This document shows positions 37,501 to 50,210 of a stretch of DNA of 62,000 nt, piece after piece. Origin of the DNA: Chiloscyllium plagiosum (Eukaryota); the NCBI RefSeq assembly GCF_004010195.1, contig NC_057759.1, positions 4,990,657-5,052,656 on the forward strand, read 5' to 3'. The notes beneath the pieces were generated by a model. The model was not told where the DNA came from and ran no database searches. It saw nothing but the letters and a program-made list of their open reading frames with translations. How positions within the stretch are numbered: the first letter of the stretch is position 1; each line of letters opens with the position of its first letter. The position numbers and the translations under genes were made by a program.

Positions 37501-38400
37501 ACAATGGTAGAAATAGAGGCACTAGATAAAATACTGTGAAGAGAGGCAGTTAAATTCGATATGCCTGTATAAACAGTAGGTATAAACATCTGTTTCCCAC
37601 TTTTACAGAAACACAGGAACAAACCCCAATTAAAAGGGCTTAGTGATAAGATCTGTGAGGGGCAGCACAGATGGAGGGAGTAGATAATGGTAAGCAAAGG
37701 ATGGGATGAGGTCAAATGGCCTTGTGAGGTCAGAAATAAGCATTTTGTCACAGACAAGGCCGGATAAGACAAGTGATAAACAGGAGTAATGGGTACCGGT
37801 CTTAGGGAAGTGGAGGATGTAAACGGGGGGGTAAACAATGAAATAAGAAAAAAGTATGTAGGAACCAAATTATATAATATTGAGTATTTGTTGAATTCAG
37901 GTGTGTTTTGTCCCTGTCTTGTGGACATCACACCCACTTGCAAGTGTAAAATAAATGACACTACTGATTCAGATCTTGTCTCGGACTGAAATTATTGAAG
38001 TGAGTGAGCTTTGTTTCTCACAAGTAGGTTAGGATTGTTTCCATTAGAAGGTAGGAGATTGAGGGGTACCTGATTGAGGTCTACAAAATCATGAAGGATA
38101 TAGACAGGATTGATAAAGATAAGCTTTTTCCCAGGGTGACGCATTCAAGGGGAGAGGTGAAAAGTTTAAAGGGTAACACACGCAGCAATTAATTTACACA
38201 GAGGGTGGTAAGTGCGTGGAATGTGTTGCTAGCAGAGGTAGTACAGTCAGGCAGGTAAATTCATTTAAGATGCCTCTGGACAGATGCATGAGTAGGTGGG
38301 GATCAGAGGCTTAGGAATTGGGCGGCAGGTTTAGACAGTGGATTTCGATCAGCTCAGGCCTGGAGGGCCAAAGGGTTTGTTCCTGGGCCATAAATTTTCT
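34590..38400 (+). mobile_element. CR1 with inverted 5' segment (34590-35553 on minus), internal ~125-bp tandem duplication and ERV insertion
   Basis: Minus part: EN-to-linker (NPKAFYSYV, VDKSPGPDGIYPRLL). Plus part: RT (CLTNLIKFFEEV, SKFADGT, PHLKYCVQFW); resumes at 38023. Confidence 0.85.
36672..38022 (+). mobile_element. env: Endogenous retrovirus remnant: env TM subunit, PPT and 3' LTR (37310-38022)
   Basis: ISD WENRMALDMILAEKG, CX6CC motif CVMLGGSCC, hydrophobic anchor after stop at 37006; PPT aaagaaaaaggggaa; LTR TGTGGGA...TCTCACA with TATATAA (37871) and AATAAA (37950). Confidence 0.9.
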
Positions 38401-39088
38401 TTGTTTTTTAATACATTTGCCTTCCTAACCCCCAACTGAACCTGCCTGTTAACCTGAAGAGAATCCTGAACGCGGACTCCCAAGTCCCTTGGTGCTTCAG
38501 ATTCCCGAAACCTTTCCCCATTTAGGAAACAGTCTCCGCCTCTATTCTTCTAATCCCATTGCATACCCTCCCACACTCAACATGTCCCATTCCCGAGGGT
38601 CAGGATGGTGGTTATTGGGGGGTGGAGGGGGACAGGAGAGATTCTGTCCCCCTCCCAGTGAGGCATCTTGTACACACCGCGAGGTCTCTCTCCGTCTCCC
38701 TGTCTCTGTACACCTGTCTGATTGTCCATGACTTGCTTTAACTCTCTGATTATGTCGATTGATCATGTACAAACCGCGAGGTCTCTCTCTGTGTCTTTAT
38801 CTCTCTCTGTTTGACTGTCTATGACTTGTTTTAACTCCACGTCGATGAATCTCGTAACACTGTGATTTTGTGCCTCTTTCTGACTCTGACTAAATTTCTT
38901 TAAAACTCTGTGTCCCTGTGTGTGTCTATGTCTCTCTCTGTTTCTCCCTGCCTCTCTGTGACCCTCTGTCTCTCTCTGACTATCAGTGACTCTGTAACTC
39001 TGACTTTATGGTGAGAGTACTGTCTGTTGCTGAACACAACAACAACTCCTACCTTAGAAAAGTGCCTAACAGTTTGCTTTAATCTCAG

Positions 39089-39360
39089 GCATCCCTGTGT
39101 CAGTCCTAGAGCTGACTGCCCGCTCTGGAAATGAGGTAATGGAGGGAGACAGCACCTGTTAAACTGCTCTGTTCAACCCCAGTTGAATATATTTTCTACA
39201 AGGATGATGAAGAGATTTAGTGGGAATACTCCAACCACTGCAGAACCGTACACACAATCATCAACATCAGCAAACGTCAAGAGGGCAATTAGCACTATGC
39301 TGTTTCTAACCAGCAGGCAGAGTCTCTCCTGAACAGCAAATTTATTGCCATTTCACTGAG
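39089..39360 (+). pseudogene. Ig-C2 exon 2 (FCRL-like), heavily decayed
   Basis: Acceptor gctttaatctcAG; IPVSVLELTARSGNEVMEGDST/LLNCSVQP/VEYIFYKDDEEI*WEYS..TIINISKRQEGN*HYAVSNQ..NSKFIAISL. Two frameshifts, two stops, second Cys lost. Confidence 0.75.
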
Positions 39361-40179
39361 TTTTTAAGCAACTCTATACAAATCGACATTATCAGAGCAA
39401 TGTGATAGCACTGGGGAAGCATGCAGAGGGAGATTTACCAGGATGTTGCCTTGGGGGCTGGAAAGTTTGTGATGGAGAGAGATTGGACAGACTGGGGTTG
39501 TTTTCCTTAGAGCAGAGCAGATTGAGAGTGTGGGGACATGATTGAGATGTATAAAATGTGGACGTAGAGAGGAAGAAACCTCCCCCACCCTCTTGAAGGA
39601 GGGATCAATGACTAGGGCACGGGCATAGATTTAAGGTAAGAGGCAGGAGGTTCAGAGGAGGATGTGTTGGAAAACATTTTAATTCAAAGGGTGGGAGGGA
39701 ATCTCATCATGTCAAAGAACGATTTAGATGTGCACTAGCAATCCAAGGCTAGAGTCAGATTAAGTGGTCCTTGATGTTTCATATGTATATTGTTGCAGAA
39801 ATGGGGGCTTGGATATGGTGAATAGCCAAGGTCTTTTTCCCCAGGATAGGGAACCCAAAACTAGAGGTTTCGGGTGAGGGGAAAGATTTAAAAGCGACCT
39901 GAGGGATAACTTTTTCACACACAGTGTGGTGCTTATTTGGAATGAGCTGCCAGAGGAAGTAGTAGAAGTGGGTACAATAGCAACCTTTAAGAGAGATTTG
40001 GGAAGTTACATGGATAGGAAAGGTTTTGACGGATATGGGCCAAACACAAGCAAATGGGACTAGTTCCGTTTGGAGACCTGGTCAGCATAGATGTGTTGGG
40101 CTGAAGGGCCTATTTCCGTTCTGTAACCTTACGACTGGAAGTATGGTATTAGAGACCAGAGAGGTAGTTGCTTTTGACT

Positions 40180-40460
40180 GGCAAGGATGATGTTCAAAGT
40201 GGGGTGCGGGATGGGGACAGTGATGGTAACCCCCCAGGATGTGGACAGTGTGGTGGGGTGGACTGTGATAATAACCGCCAGGATGTTGACAGTGGGGTGG
40301 GCTGGGGACAGTGAAAGTAACCCCTGGGATGTTGATACTACGGGGGGTGGGAACAATGACGGTAACCACCAAGATTTGACACTGTCGGGGTTGGGGACTG
40401 CGACGGTAATACCATTGAACATCAGGAGGGCAATGGTTGGGTGATGTACCATTTGACCAT
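40180..40460 (-). repeat. Second tandem amplification of the same LINE RT segment (~35-45-bp units)
   Basis: Repeated ggtaacccccaggatgttgacagtgggg; minus ORFs give INIPGVT, VNILAVII and LMFNGITVA. Confidence 0.6.
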
Positions 40461-40651
40461 CCGTAGTTAACACAAATCTTTTGAAGTGTAGATTTTACAA
40501 CAGATGGAAACTTTGCAATGATGTGAAATCTCCGTTGTTTTATTTCTCCTTTCTGTCAGTTATTATCCTGTCATAGAAGATAACATCTGCGAAAAGAAAG
40601 ACAATTTCAACATCCAATATTTTATTTCCTCTTTGTCTTGTTTTGTTCCAG

Positions 40652-40937
40652 TTCCTGTTGCTGGGGTTTTCCTCACCCCCAGAGTCAATAAAATGGAGGT
40701 TCCACTTGGGAATAGTCTTGTTCGAGAGTGTGTATTGTGTCGAGGTACAGGACCGTACTTTCAATGCTAAGCATTAAACAATGCCAGCAGGAATTACAAC
40801 TTTAGCTCAGACAGGAGAGAGCTGGCCATTGAATCCTTCCAGTCCCAGCACCAAGGCAGACACCAGTGCGTCGCAATCAATAGGGGTTGGGACGATACTT
40901 AATGTGACCAGGAATTCCATCAACCTCACAGAGCCAG
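40652..40937 (+). pseudogene. Ig-C2 exon 3 (membrane-proximal FCRL-like)
   Basis: Strong acceptor ctttgtcttgttttgttccAG and donor CAG|GTAATT; PVAGVFLTPRVNKMEVPLGNSLVRECVLCRGTGPYFQC*..RELAIESFQSQHQGRHQCVAINRG/GTILNVTRNSINLTEP. Cys at 40729 and 40867, TAA at 40768, one frameshift. Confidence 0.8.
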
Positions 40938-42067
40938 GTAATTCATTCTTCATCTTTGATCTGTGCTCATTCTTCACTGGGGTCCAGCTGAAGTCTTGAC
41001 GTGAACACTAAAAATTTGCTTCAGAAACTCAGCAGGTCGGCAGCATCTGTGAGGTGGGGGGGAGAGAGAGAGAGAGAGAGAAATATCCTTTGTCAGATAA
41101 GGGAGGCCTTCATAGTGAGAGGATTCAAGTCCAAGTGCAGGCATGTCTTGCTACAACTGGACAGGGTGAGACCACACCCTGGAGAACTGTGTGCGCAGTT
41201 TAGGATTTTCTTATGTGAGGAAGGATATTGTGTGTATGGACAGAGTGCAGTGAAGGTCTCCCAGAGTGATTTCTGGGATGGTAGGATTGACTGATGGAGA
41301 GGGACTGGAACGGTTAGGATGACGTTCACTGGAGTTTAGAAGAATTAAGGGGGAATCTCATAGAAACCTATAAATTTGAACAAGGACGAGACAGAGTAAA
41401 CACGCGGAGAGTGTACCCGGTGACCAGGTGGAGAGTCCAGAACCAGGGGGTCACAGCCAAAAGGAAATAGAGTTGGACTGAGATGGGGAGAAATGTCTTT
41501 ACCCAGAGAGTGGGGAGCCTGTAGAATTCTCTGTCACAGAAAGCAGTCAGGGCCAGAATACTGAATGTTGTTCAGGAAGGAGTTGGATTGAGTTCTTTGG
41601 GGCTAAAGGGAGAATGCGGGGAGACAGGAGACTATGTTGGGTGATCAACCATGATCCCATTGAATGGGTGGAGCAAGCCAGAGGGGCCAAATGTTCTCCT
41701 GATGATATTTTCAATGTTTCTCTGTGAATGGCCCAGTTGCCGCTGACTGATGGAGGACAAAGGGAAGTTTTGCCTCAATATATGCAGGCCGTGAAAATGA
41801 AGGACAGTAATTTCTAGTTGACAATTTAGAGAGCGTGGGTGCAGAGCGATCTTTTGAGTTCAGCATGGAATAGTTTGGGTTGGATTGGTGGGATATTGTT
41901 AATGAAACAGCTTGCACAGAAACAATGATGTAACTACAATGGTGAGGGTTTGGAGGGAATTTTACAGACATGAGGGTTTCCCTCCAAAGGAACGAGTGTC
42001 GGCAGGGGGTCAGGGCGACAGGGAACACTGGCGTTAGTGTTTGCTGAAGGGATGATGTTATTGACAG

Positions 42068-42188
42068 GAAATCCCTCTCTGAATCCAACACAGGCAAACA
42101 GCACTGAGATGGCAGTACTCGTTGCCCCACTGTTTCTGATCCTTTCTCTCCTCACATTGCTTCCCATTAAACTCGAATTGGAAACAAG
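42068..42188 (+). pseudogene. Transmembrane exon: GNPSLNPTQANSTEMAVLVAPLFLILSLLTLLPI...
   Basis: Acceptor ttattgacAG is phase-1 compatible with the upstream Ig exon; 20-aa uncharged hydrophobic stretch; donor AAG|GTGGGT. Confidence 0.65.
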
Positions 42189-43135
42189 GTGGGTGAGACA
42201 CTCCAGCAGGTAACCCCGGCGATCATTCTCCAGTTGGCACTCGATGTGGGTTTCAAACTGACGTTGCTCACATAGTGCATGAGGGTTTGCGTATGAGAGA
42301 GTATGTGTGTGAGTGAGAGTATGAAAGTGTACATCTCTGCGAGAGAGAGAGAGAGAGACACACACGCATTTTCACTGACACGTACACAATTTCACATGCG
42401 CGCACACACTGACTCAGTCATGTCTACAGTGCACCTTGTAGACCACACTTGAGAAGCTGAACACCATCCACGGACAATGCAGCCCCTGCTTGATTGGCGC
42501 CACATCAACTCCATCCACCACCTGCGCTCAGCAGCTATGAGATGCCCTGCAGGAATTCACTAAAGATCCTCAGGATGAACCTTCCAAACCCACAACCATG
42601 TCCATCTCGAAGGACAAGCACAGCAGATTCATGAGAATACCATCTCCTGCAAGTTTCCCTCTGAGCCACTCACCATCCCAACTTGGAAATATATCAGCCA
42701 TTCATTTAGTGTTGCTGGGTCAAAATCCTGCCTAATAGTATCATGGGTCTACCTACAGCACAGGGACTGCAGTGGTTCAAGAAGGCACCTCACTACCTCC
42801 TTCTCAAGGGGCCAACGAGGGATGGATAATAAATTCTTGGCCTAGCCAGTGACTTTCACATCCCACAAGTGAATTAAAAAAAGAAATAAAGCACTATTTG
42901 GAAACGTGCTTTGTGAGGATGTCGGCAGGCTGAACAAGTGGCAGACAAAATTACTTGGGGAGACAAACAAAGTAATGTGCTGTGTTCAGAGGAATGGTCA
43001 GCACAGATATAAACTAAAGATTAAAATTGGAATAATTGTTGCTTGCGCATCAGTCAAAGAATCCAGATTCATTTGCTAGCAGGAGAAACTTTGCAGTAAA
43101 ACTTTCCAATGTTCTTTCTCTCTTATTTTCTCCAG

Positions 43136-43166
43136 CTGATTCTTCGAGCAGTTCCCGGTGACACAG
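43136..43166 (+). pseudogene. Cytoplasmic mini-exon 1: (A)DSSSSSR*H(R)
   Basis: Very strong acceptor ttctttctctcttattttctccAG and donor CAG|GTAAAT; 31 nt. Confidence 0.55.
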
Positions 43167-43634
43167 GTAAATTAGTGAGGTGGTTAGCAACTTCAAACAG
43201 CATTCAAACACTGTCTGAATGGGCTGTAAATCACTCTGGGATGCAAACCCAGCAATTTTACATTTGTTAGACAAATTGGAGCAAATGAACTGTGTCTGAC
43301 TCGTTTGCAAATCTAAAGCACAACAGTTCAAATTGACGACACACTCAATTTCCGTTAGGCAGTGAACTGAGCGTTGGTCAGTCCCATTAGCAGTGAGGTT
43401 ATCCATTGCAGTTGGAAGAATTGAAAAAGGGAACTTATCATCTGACTAGGAGAGAAAGTTCAAAATGTCAGTGCAAAGGCTACAGCAGGTCACAAGGAAG
43501 ACATTTATTGCAAAAGTAATTGAGTAGGGAAGTAGGTAATTGTTACTGCAACTGTACAAGGGATTTCCACATCCGGAGTACTGCAGACAGTTTTGGTCCC
43601 TTAAGGAGGGATGTAGTTGAATTGGAAGGAGTTC

Positions 43635-44266
43635 AAAATAGTGCGGTGAAGAAGGCATATGGCGTACTGGCTTTTATTGGTAGAGGAATTGAGTTCCGGA
43701 GTCCTGAGGTCATGTTGCAGTTGTATAAGATTCTGGTGCGGTCACATCTGGAGTATTGTGTGCAATTTTGGTCGCCATACTATAGGAAGGATGTGGAGGC
43801 ACTGGAACGGGTGCAGAGGAGGTTTACCAGGATGTTGCCTGGTATGGTAGGAAGATCGTATGAGGAAAGGCTGAGGCACTTGGGGTTGTTTTCATTGGAG
43901 AAAAGAAGATTTAGGGGTGACTTGATAGAGGTGTACAAGATGATTAGGGGTTTAGATAGGGTCGACAGTGAGAATCTTTTTCCACGTATGGAGTCAGCTA
44001 TTACAAGGGGGCATAGCTTTAAATTAAGGGGGGGTAGGTATAGGACAGATGTTAGGGGTAGCTTCTTTACTCAGCGAGTCGTGAGTTCATGGAATGCTCT
44101 GCCAGTAGCAGTGGTGGACTCTCCCTCATTATGGGCATTTAAGCGGGCATTGGATAGGCATATGGAGGATAGTGGGCTAGTGTAGGTTAGGTGGGCTTGG
44201 ATCGGCGCAACATCGAGGGCCGAAGGGCCTGTACTGCGCTGTATTCTTCAATGTTCTATGTTCTAT
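43635..44266 (+). mobile_element. Young CR1 3' end with open ORF2 C-terminus
   Basis: ORF 43520-44185: KKAYGVLAFIGRGIEF..HLEYCVQFWSP..TRGHSFKL..FFTQRVV; ttctatg tail. Confidence 0.9.
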
Positions 44267-45780
44267 CACTGAATTGATTGTCAAGATGAAAGTTTAATTT
44301 TGTGAGCAGAGACTGTTACAATTTTGATCTCTTTACTCGAGGACAGATGCAGTTTGTACTGGGGGTAGTTCAGAGGAGATTCACTCAATCATTTCCAGAG
44401 ATGAAGGGTTTGTCTTAGATGAGAGATTGAGCAGTTTCTCTGGAGTTTGTAAGAGAGGAGATCTAACTAAAGGTTATAAAATGCTAAAGGGAGTATTGAC
44501 GATGGAGAGAGGATGTTTGCTCATGTGGGAGTATGTAGAACAAGAGGTTGTCATTATAGCATAAGGGGCTGCGCAGACTGAAAACAGAGGTAAGGAGGAA
44601 TGAATTCTCTCAAATGTGGAGAGGGTTGTAAATCTGTGGGATCACTCCTCCCAACCCCAACACTGCATCAATTGGAGGAGGAGATTGTTATTCAGTGATG
44701 GGTCAAAGGGAGTGTTTGCTGGAAAGTGGAGTTGAGGCTGAGATGGGATCAGCTGCGATCGTATGGAATAGTGGAGCAGGTTCCTGATGGGCCAGATGGA
44801 CTCAACCTGATCCTAGTTATATTGTTAGTTTGTAGCAAAACCACAAGGAGGCAGAAAATTAAGTTTGATTTAACAAAATAGCTTTTAATTCGTGAACATT
44901 GGAAAATAAAGGCAAAAGTGATTCAACACAAATTTGGTGAAGGATGTTTTGAAAGAAACGAAGGGACAATACAAAGTAGGGGGTAAAATTCTAAAGAGGG
45001 TGCAAGAGCAGAGGGAGTTGGGGGTATATATCCACAGATCAGTGAAGGCGGCATAACACTGGGGACAGCAGTTAATAAAACACACAGCATCCTCAGCTTT
45101 ATTAATAGGGGCATTGAGCCAGAGAACAAGGAGGTGATTTTGAAGTTGTAAAAGACACTGGTGGACCTCAGCTGGAGTGTCAGAGAGAGAGGGCGAGAGG
45201 GCGACAGTACTTCTGTTGAATAAAGGGAACTATGGATCTATGAGGGAGGAGCTGGCCAAAGTTCAATGGTGCAATACCTTGGCAGGGATGACCGTGGAGG
45301 AACAATGGCAGATACTTCTGTGTATAATGCAGAAGTTGCAGGATCAGTTCATTCCTAAAAGGAAGAAAGATCCCAGGAGGAGGCATGGGCGGCCGTGGCT
45401 GACGAGGGAAGTTAAGAAACATACAAAGTTAAAAGAGAAAAAGTATAACATAGNNNNNNNNNNNNNNNNNNNNNNNNNNNNNNNNNNNNNNNNNNNNNNN
45501 NNNNNNNNNNNNNNNNNNNNNNNNNNNNNNNNNNNNNNNNNNNNNNNNNNNNNNNNNNNNNNNNNNNNNNNNNNNNNNNNNNNNNNNNNNNNNNNNNNNN
45601 NNNNNNNNNNNNNNNNNNNNNNNNNNNNNNNNNNNNNNNNNNNNNNNNNNNNNNNNNNNNNNNNNNNNNNNNNNNNNNNNNNNNNNNNNNNNNNNNNNNN
45701 NNNNNNNNNNNNNNNNNNNNNNNNNNNNNNNNNNNNNNNNNNNNNNNNNNNNNNNNNNNNNNNNNNNNNNNNNNNNNNNN

Positions 45781-46652
45781 CGGAGCACCCGGAGGAAACC
45801 CACGCAGACACGGGGAGAACGTGCAAACTCCACACAGTCAGTCGCCTGAGTCGGGAATTGAACCCGGGTCTCTGGCGCTGCGAGGCAGCAGTGCTAACCA
45901 CTGTGCCACCGTGCCGCCCACATGTTAGAGGGCTACAGCGATAGGGTTGGAGAGTGGGACTAGCTGGGTAGCTTGTTCAGGAGCTGGTACAGACACGAAT
46001 GGTCTCCTTCTGTACAGTAAAATTTTATGATTCAATGAACGTATAAGTTCTGAGCCACATTCGGGACAATTCCAGGAGGTAATTCTTTGGGACCTTGGCT
46101 CACTGACCTCGTTGCCAGGGAGTTTTGTACGCAAACCGCAGCAAATTGTTGTCACGAGCGGGATTGGAACTTGGTTGGGTCATGATCTGGAAATATTTGA
46201 TTTCAAGGGAGGCGATGGAAGAACAAGCTGAGGGTGCGAGTGAGGACAGACCTGCAAGAAATTTCGAATACACAGATCAGGTCAAGTCGATTAAAAGGTG
46301 AATATCATTCTGTGAGCTGCTGATCCTACACCATCACATATTTTAGATTAGATTAGATTAGATTAGATTACTTACAGTGTGGAAACAGGCCCTTCGGCCC
46401 AACAAGTCCACACCGACCCGCCGAAGCGAAACCCACCCATACCCCTACATTTACCCCTTACCTAACACTACGGGCAATTTAGTATAGCCAATTCACCTGG
46501 CCCTGCACATCTTCGGAGCACCCGGAGGAAGCCCACGCAGACACGGGGAGAATGTGCAAACTCCACACAGTTAGTCGCCTGAGGCGGGAATTGAACCCGG
46601 GTCTCTGGCGCTGTGAGGCAGCAGTGCTAACCACTGTGCCACCGTGCCGCCC
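45781..46652 (-). mobile_element. Two young HE1-type SINEs (45781-45921 partial, 46344-46652 with (TCTAA)n tail)
   Basis: Near-identical to 53006-53311; they flank cytoplasmic exon 2. Confidence 0.9.
46208..46297 (+). pseudogene. Cytoplasmic exon 2: (R)EAMEEQAEGASEDRPARNFEYT...
   Basis: Acceptor atttgatttcAAG; phase-2 start matches the previous exon; donor AAG|GTGAAT. A 2-nt restoration after YT would give FEYTEIRSSRLK and a phase-1 end (inferred). Confidence 0.55.
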
Positions 46653-48411
46653 ATATTTGTAAGCGTTCATGCTGGTACTTACCTGATTGGGAAGATCCGC
46701 AAAAACAAATCTGGTGTATTGTGTCCAGTTCTGGTTGTCCTGTTAGAGGAAGGACATTATTAAGCAGGAGACGATTCACAAAATATATAACAGGATATGG
46801 TTGGGAATGGAGAGTTTGAGTTATAAGGAGAGACTGGATGGACTGGGACTATTTTCACTGGAGAGTAGAAGTTTGAGAGGGAAAGAGGTTTATGAAATCA
46901 TGATGGGCGTAGATTAGATGAATGGCAGGTATCTTTTCCCTAGGTTGGGGGACTTCAAGACCGGGGACATATTTTTCAGTTGAGAAGAGAAACATTTTTT
47001 GACGGAGAGTGGTTCATGTGTGGATTGAACATTCAGAGGAAGTGGCGGATACGGGGGCAGTTACAATATTTAAAAGACATTTAGATTAGTACAAGAATAA
47101 GAAAGGTTGGAGAGATAAGGGCCAAGAGCAAACAAGTTGGACTAGTTTAGTTTGAGATTATGGACAGTATGGACTAGTTGGACCGAAGAGTCTGATTCCT
47201 TGCTGAATGACTCTACTATCATTTTAAAGTGAAGGGTAAGAGCTTTCGAGAGTGATTTGAGGATTGTTTCACCCAGAGGATGGTGGGGATCCGAAATGTG
47301 TGAAAATAAAATATTTGGACTTTCAGTTTCTATTTGAAATCACTAATTGCTCCGGTGTGTGGAAATTCCACTTTGTTCCATGATCTATTAATGTGGAATA
47401 TTCGTATAAAGGAGCAGGAGGCGGCCATGGAGGAGGCCCTTGAGCCTGTTCCACCATGCAATGGCTGATCTGTGACTTGACTCCACAGACCTGCCTTTGG
47501 CCCTTATCCCCTTAAGTTTTCTGTTCAGCAAAGTTTTTATCTTTCAGATTTAAAATTAACAACTGATCCAGCAATGCCTGCTGTTTGTGGAAGAGTGTTC
47601 CAAACCTCCCCCTGCCTGTGTGCATATTAGTACTTCCTAACATCTCTCCTGAACAGTCTGGTCCTAATTGTCCAGCTATACCCTCCCTATTTCTAGGATT
47701 ACCAAACAGTGGAAACATTTTCAATTTATCCAACCTGTCTTTTCCTGTTAATATCTTTGATCAAATCATCCCTGAACCATGTAAATTCTGGAGAGAACAG
47801 GCTTAATTTGTGTAATCTCTCCTCATAACTTAACCCCATGAAGACCAGGTATCAATCTTGTAAACTCACGCTGTACTCCCTCCCAGGCCAATCTATCCTT
47901 CCTCAGGTGTGGTGCCCAGATCTGCTCCAAGTGGGGTCTAACCAGGGCTTTGTATAACTGCCGCATCCCTTCTGCAATCCTGTACTCCAGCCTTCTCGAT
48001 ATTAAGGCCAGCATTCCATTAGCCTTATTCAGGCACTGTGTGTCAGAAATAAAAAGAAACACAGAAATTGTTGGAAAAACTCAGCAGGGACAGATTGTTT
48101 GCCACCAAGGGACTGACTGTTTACTGTTGAAGACAACTTTCCATCCAGTGTGTGTCTATCTACAGCACATGGACTGCAGCAGTTTAAGAAAGCAGCTCAT
48201 CTCTACCTTCTCAAGGGAACAAGTAGGAATGAGTTGGGCACTAAGTGCTGGGTCCAGTGGGTGATGCCCATGTGCCATGAGTGAGTAATGAAAAAAAAAA
48301 TGTAATTTACCCCAGGGCCTCCATCTTCCCTATGTGAGCTTGTTCTGGAAGGGGAGGTGGCACCTTTGTAGTGAATGTTGATGCAAAATACCCATTTGAG
48401 ATTATTGAGTC

Positions 48412-48606
48412 TGAAAAATGTGTTGCTGGAAAAGCGCAGCAGGTCAGGCAGCATCCAAGGAGCAGAAGAATCAACGTTTCGGACATAAGCCCTTATGCCC
48501 GAAACGTCGATTCTCCTGCTCCTTGGATGCTGCCAGACCTGCTGCGCTTTTCCAGCAACACATTTTTCAGCTCTGATCTCCAGCATCTGCAGTCCTCACT
48601 TTCTCA
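48412..48606. mobile_element. Palindromic Penelope-derived short element
   Basis: Inverted arms gctggaaaagcgcagcagg..cctgctgcgcttttccagc; flanked by gag(a/g)ttattgagtc duplication. Confidence 0.75.
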
Positions 48607-48807
48607 GAGGTTATTGAGTCACCTGGTTCATGAACTGCTTTGAAAAGGTTGATATACCGCCAACATCTTAGGTTTGTACTACTGCTAGGTTGGGTCTGTG
48701 ACCTTAATGATCACTCCGTATTTAATTTTGAGGCATCATTTGCTGTTGGTTTAACATTCTGATCTCTAACCTTTCGGTTCACTTTGCTTATTGTTTCTTG
48801 ATTGTAG

Positions 48808-48873
48808 ATGACTACGAAAAAGACAGCAGTTTGGTGTACTCAGTTTTCATCATCTCCAAACCAAGAAACGATG
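48808..48873 (+). pseudogene. Cytoplasmic exon 3: (D)DYEKDSSLVYSVFIISKPRND(G), ITIM-like
   Basis: Acceptor ttgtttcttgattgtAG, donor G|GTACAG; 66 nt, phase 1-1, open; LVYSVF motif. Confidence 0.65.
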
Positions 48874-49339
48874 GTACAGGATACAGTGTATATACTTTTA
48901 TAACATTTTTGGTTCAGAGAAATTGGAGATTTTCTCTATCTTAATCCTCAAAAACCCTGCCACTTCTAAACATCATTAGTGTTTCTTTTGCTTATAGCAT
49001 GGAGTGAAGGTTTGCTCACACTTTTTGAATCTTTTTACATCATTTGAATTTATTAATAATCATAGACATGTTCCATCTATGTCAACTAAATTAAGAACAG
49101 GGTAATGTGAATTGGAAGAGGGAATGTTACACTGATGGCTAATTACTTTTCCTTTCATCTTGTTTTGAGGGGATGCCTAAATTTTAGGGCCTGGGACATC
49201 AATCGGTTGATTGCCCTAGTACAACAACTTATTGTTTGAGAGTGGTCCCTTCTGGCCTTGGTCTTTTGGGCAAGGAGCCATTCACTGTCGGTCTAGCATC
49301 ATTCACATGAGGAGCATTGCCATTTCATTGTCCTGAGTG

Positions 49340-50210
49340 TTTCTTTGATGATACAAAGATAGGTGAAAGGACAGGCAGTGTTGAGGAAGGGGTAAGGCTG
49401 CAGAAGGATTTGGACAGGCCCGGAGAGTGGGCAATGAAATGGCGGATGGAATACAATGTGGGAAGTTGTGTACTGTAGTAGGAAGAATTGAGACAGAGAC
49501 TGTTTCCTAAATGGGGAAAGGTTTCGGAAATCTTAAGCACAAAGGGACTTGGGAGTCCGAGCTCAGGATTCTGTTCAGGTTAACAGGCAGGTTCAGTTGG
49601 CAGTTAGGAAGGCAAATATAATGTCAGCATTCATTTTGGGAGGTGTAGAATACAAGAGGAAGAATGTACTGCTGAGGCTGTGTAAGGTTCTGGTCAGATC
49701 ATGTTTGGAACATTGTGAGCAGTTTTGGACACCCTATCTAAGGAAGGATGTGCTGAACTTGGAAGGAGTCCAGTGGGGGTTTACAAGAAAACTCCCAGGG
49801 ATGAAGAACTTATATGAGGAAAGGTTGAGGTCTCTGAGTCTGGGGTCAATAGAGTTTAGAAGGGTGAGGGAGAATCTGATTGAAACTTGGAGAATACGGA
49901 GAGGCGCGGACATGGGAGAAGATGTTTCCACGAGTAGGAAAAACTAGGACCCGAAGGCACAGCCTCAGAGTGAAGGGAACTCTAGAACTGAGATGAGGAG
50001 GAATTTCTTCAGCCAGACAGGTGGGAAATCTGTGGAACTCATTACTGCAGACAGCTGTCGTTATATCTTTAAGACAGAGATAAATAGGTTCTTGATCTAT
50101 AGGAGGATCGACCTTTACAGAGAGACGGCAGGAGAATGGGGTTAACAAACATATCAGCCAAGACAGAATGGCAGAGCAGACTTGATGGGCCGAATGGCTG
50201 CTCTACCTTA
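49340..50210 (+). mobile_element. CR1 RT/3' fragment
   Basis: LVRSCLEHCEQFWTPYLRKDV..MKNLYEERL in ORF 49549-49947. Confidence 0.8.
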
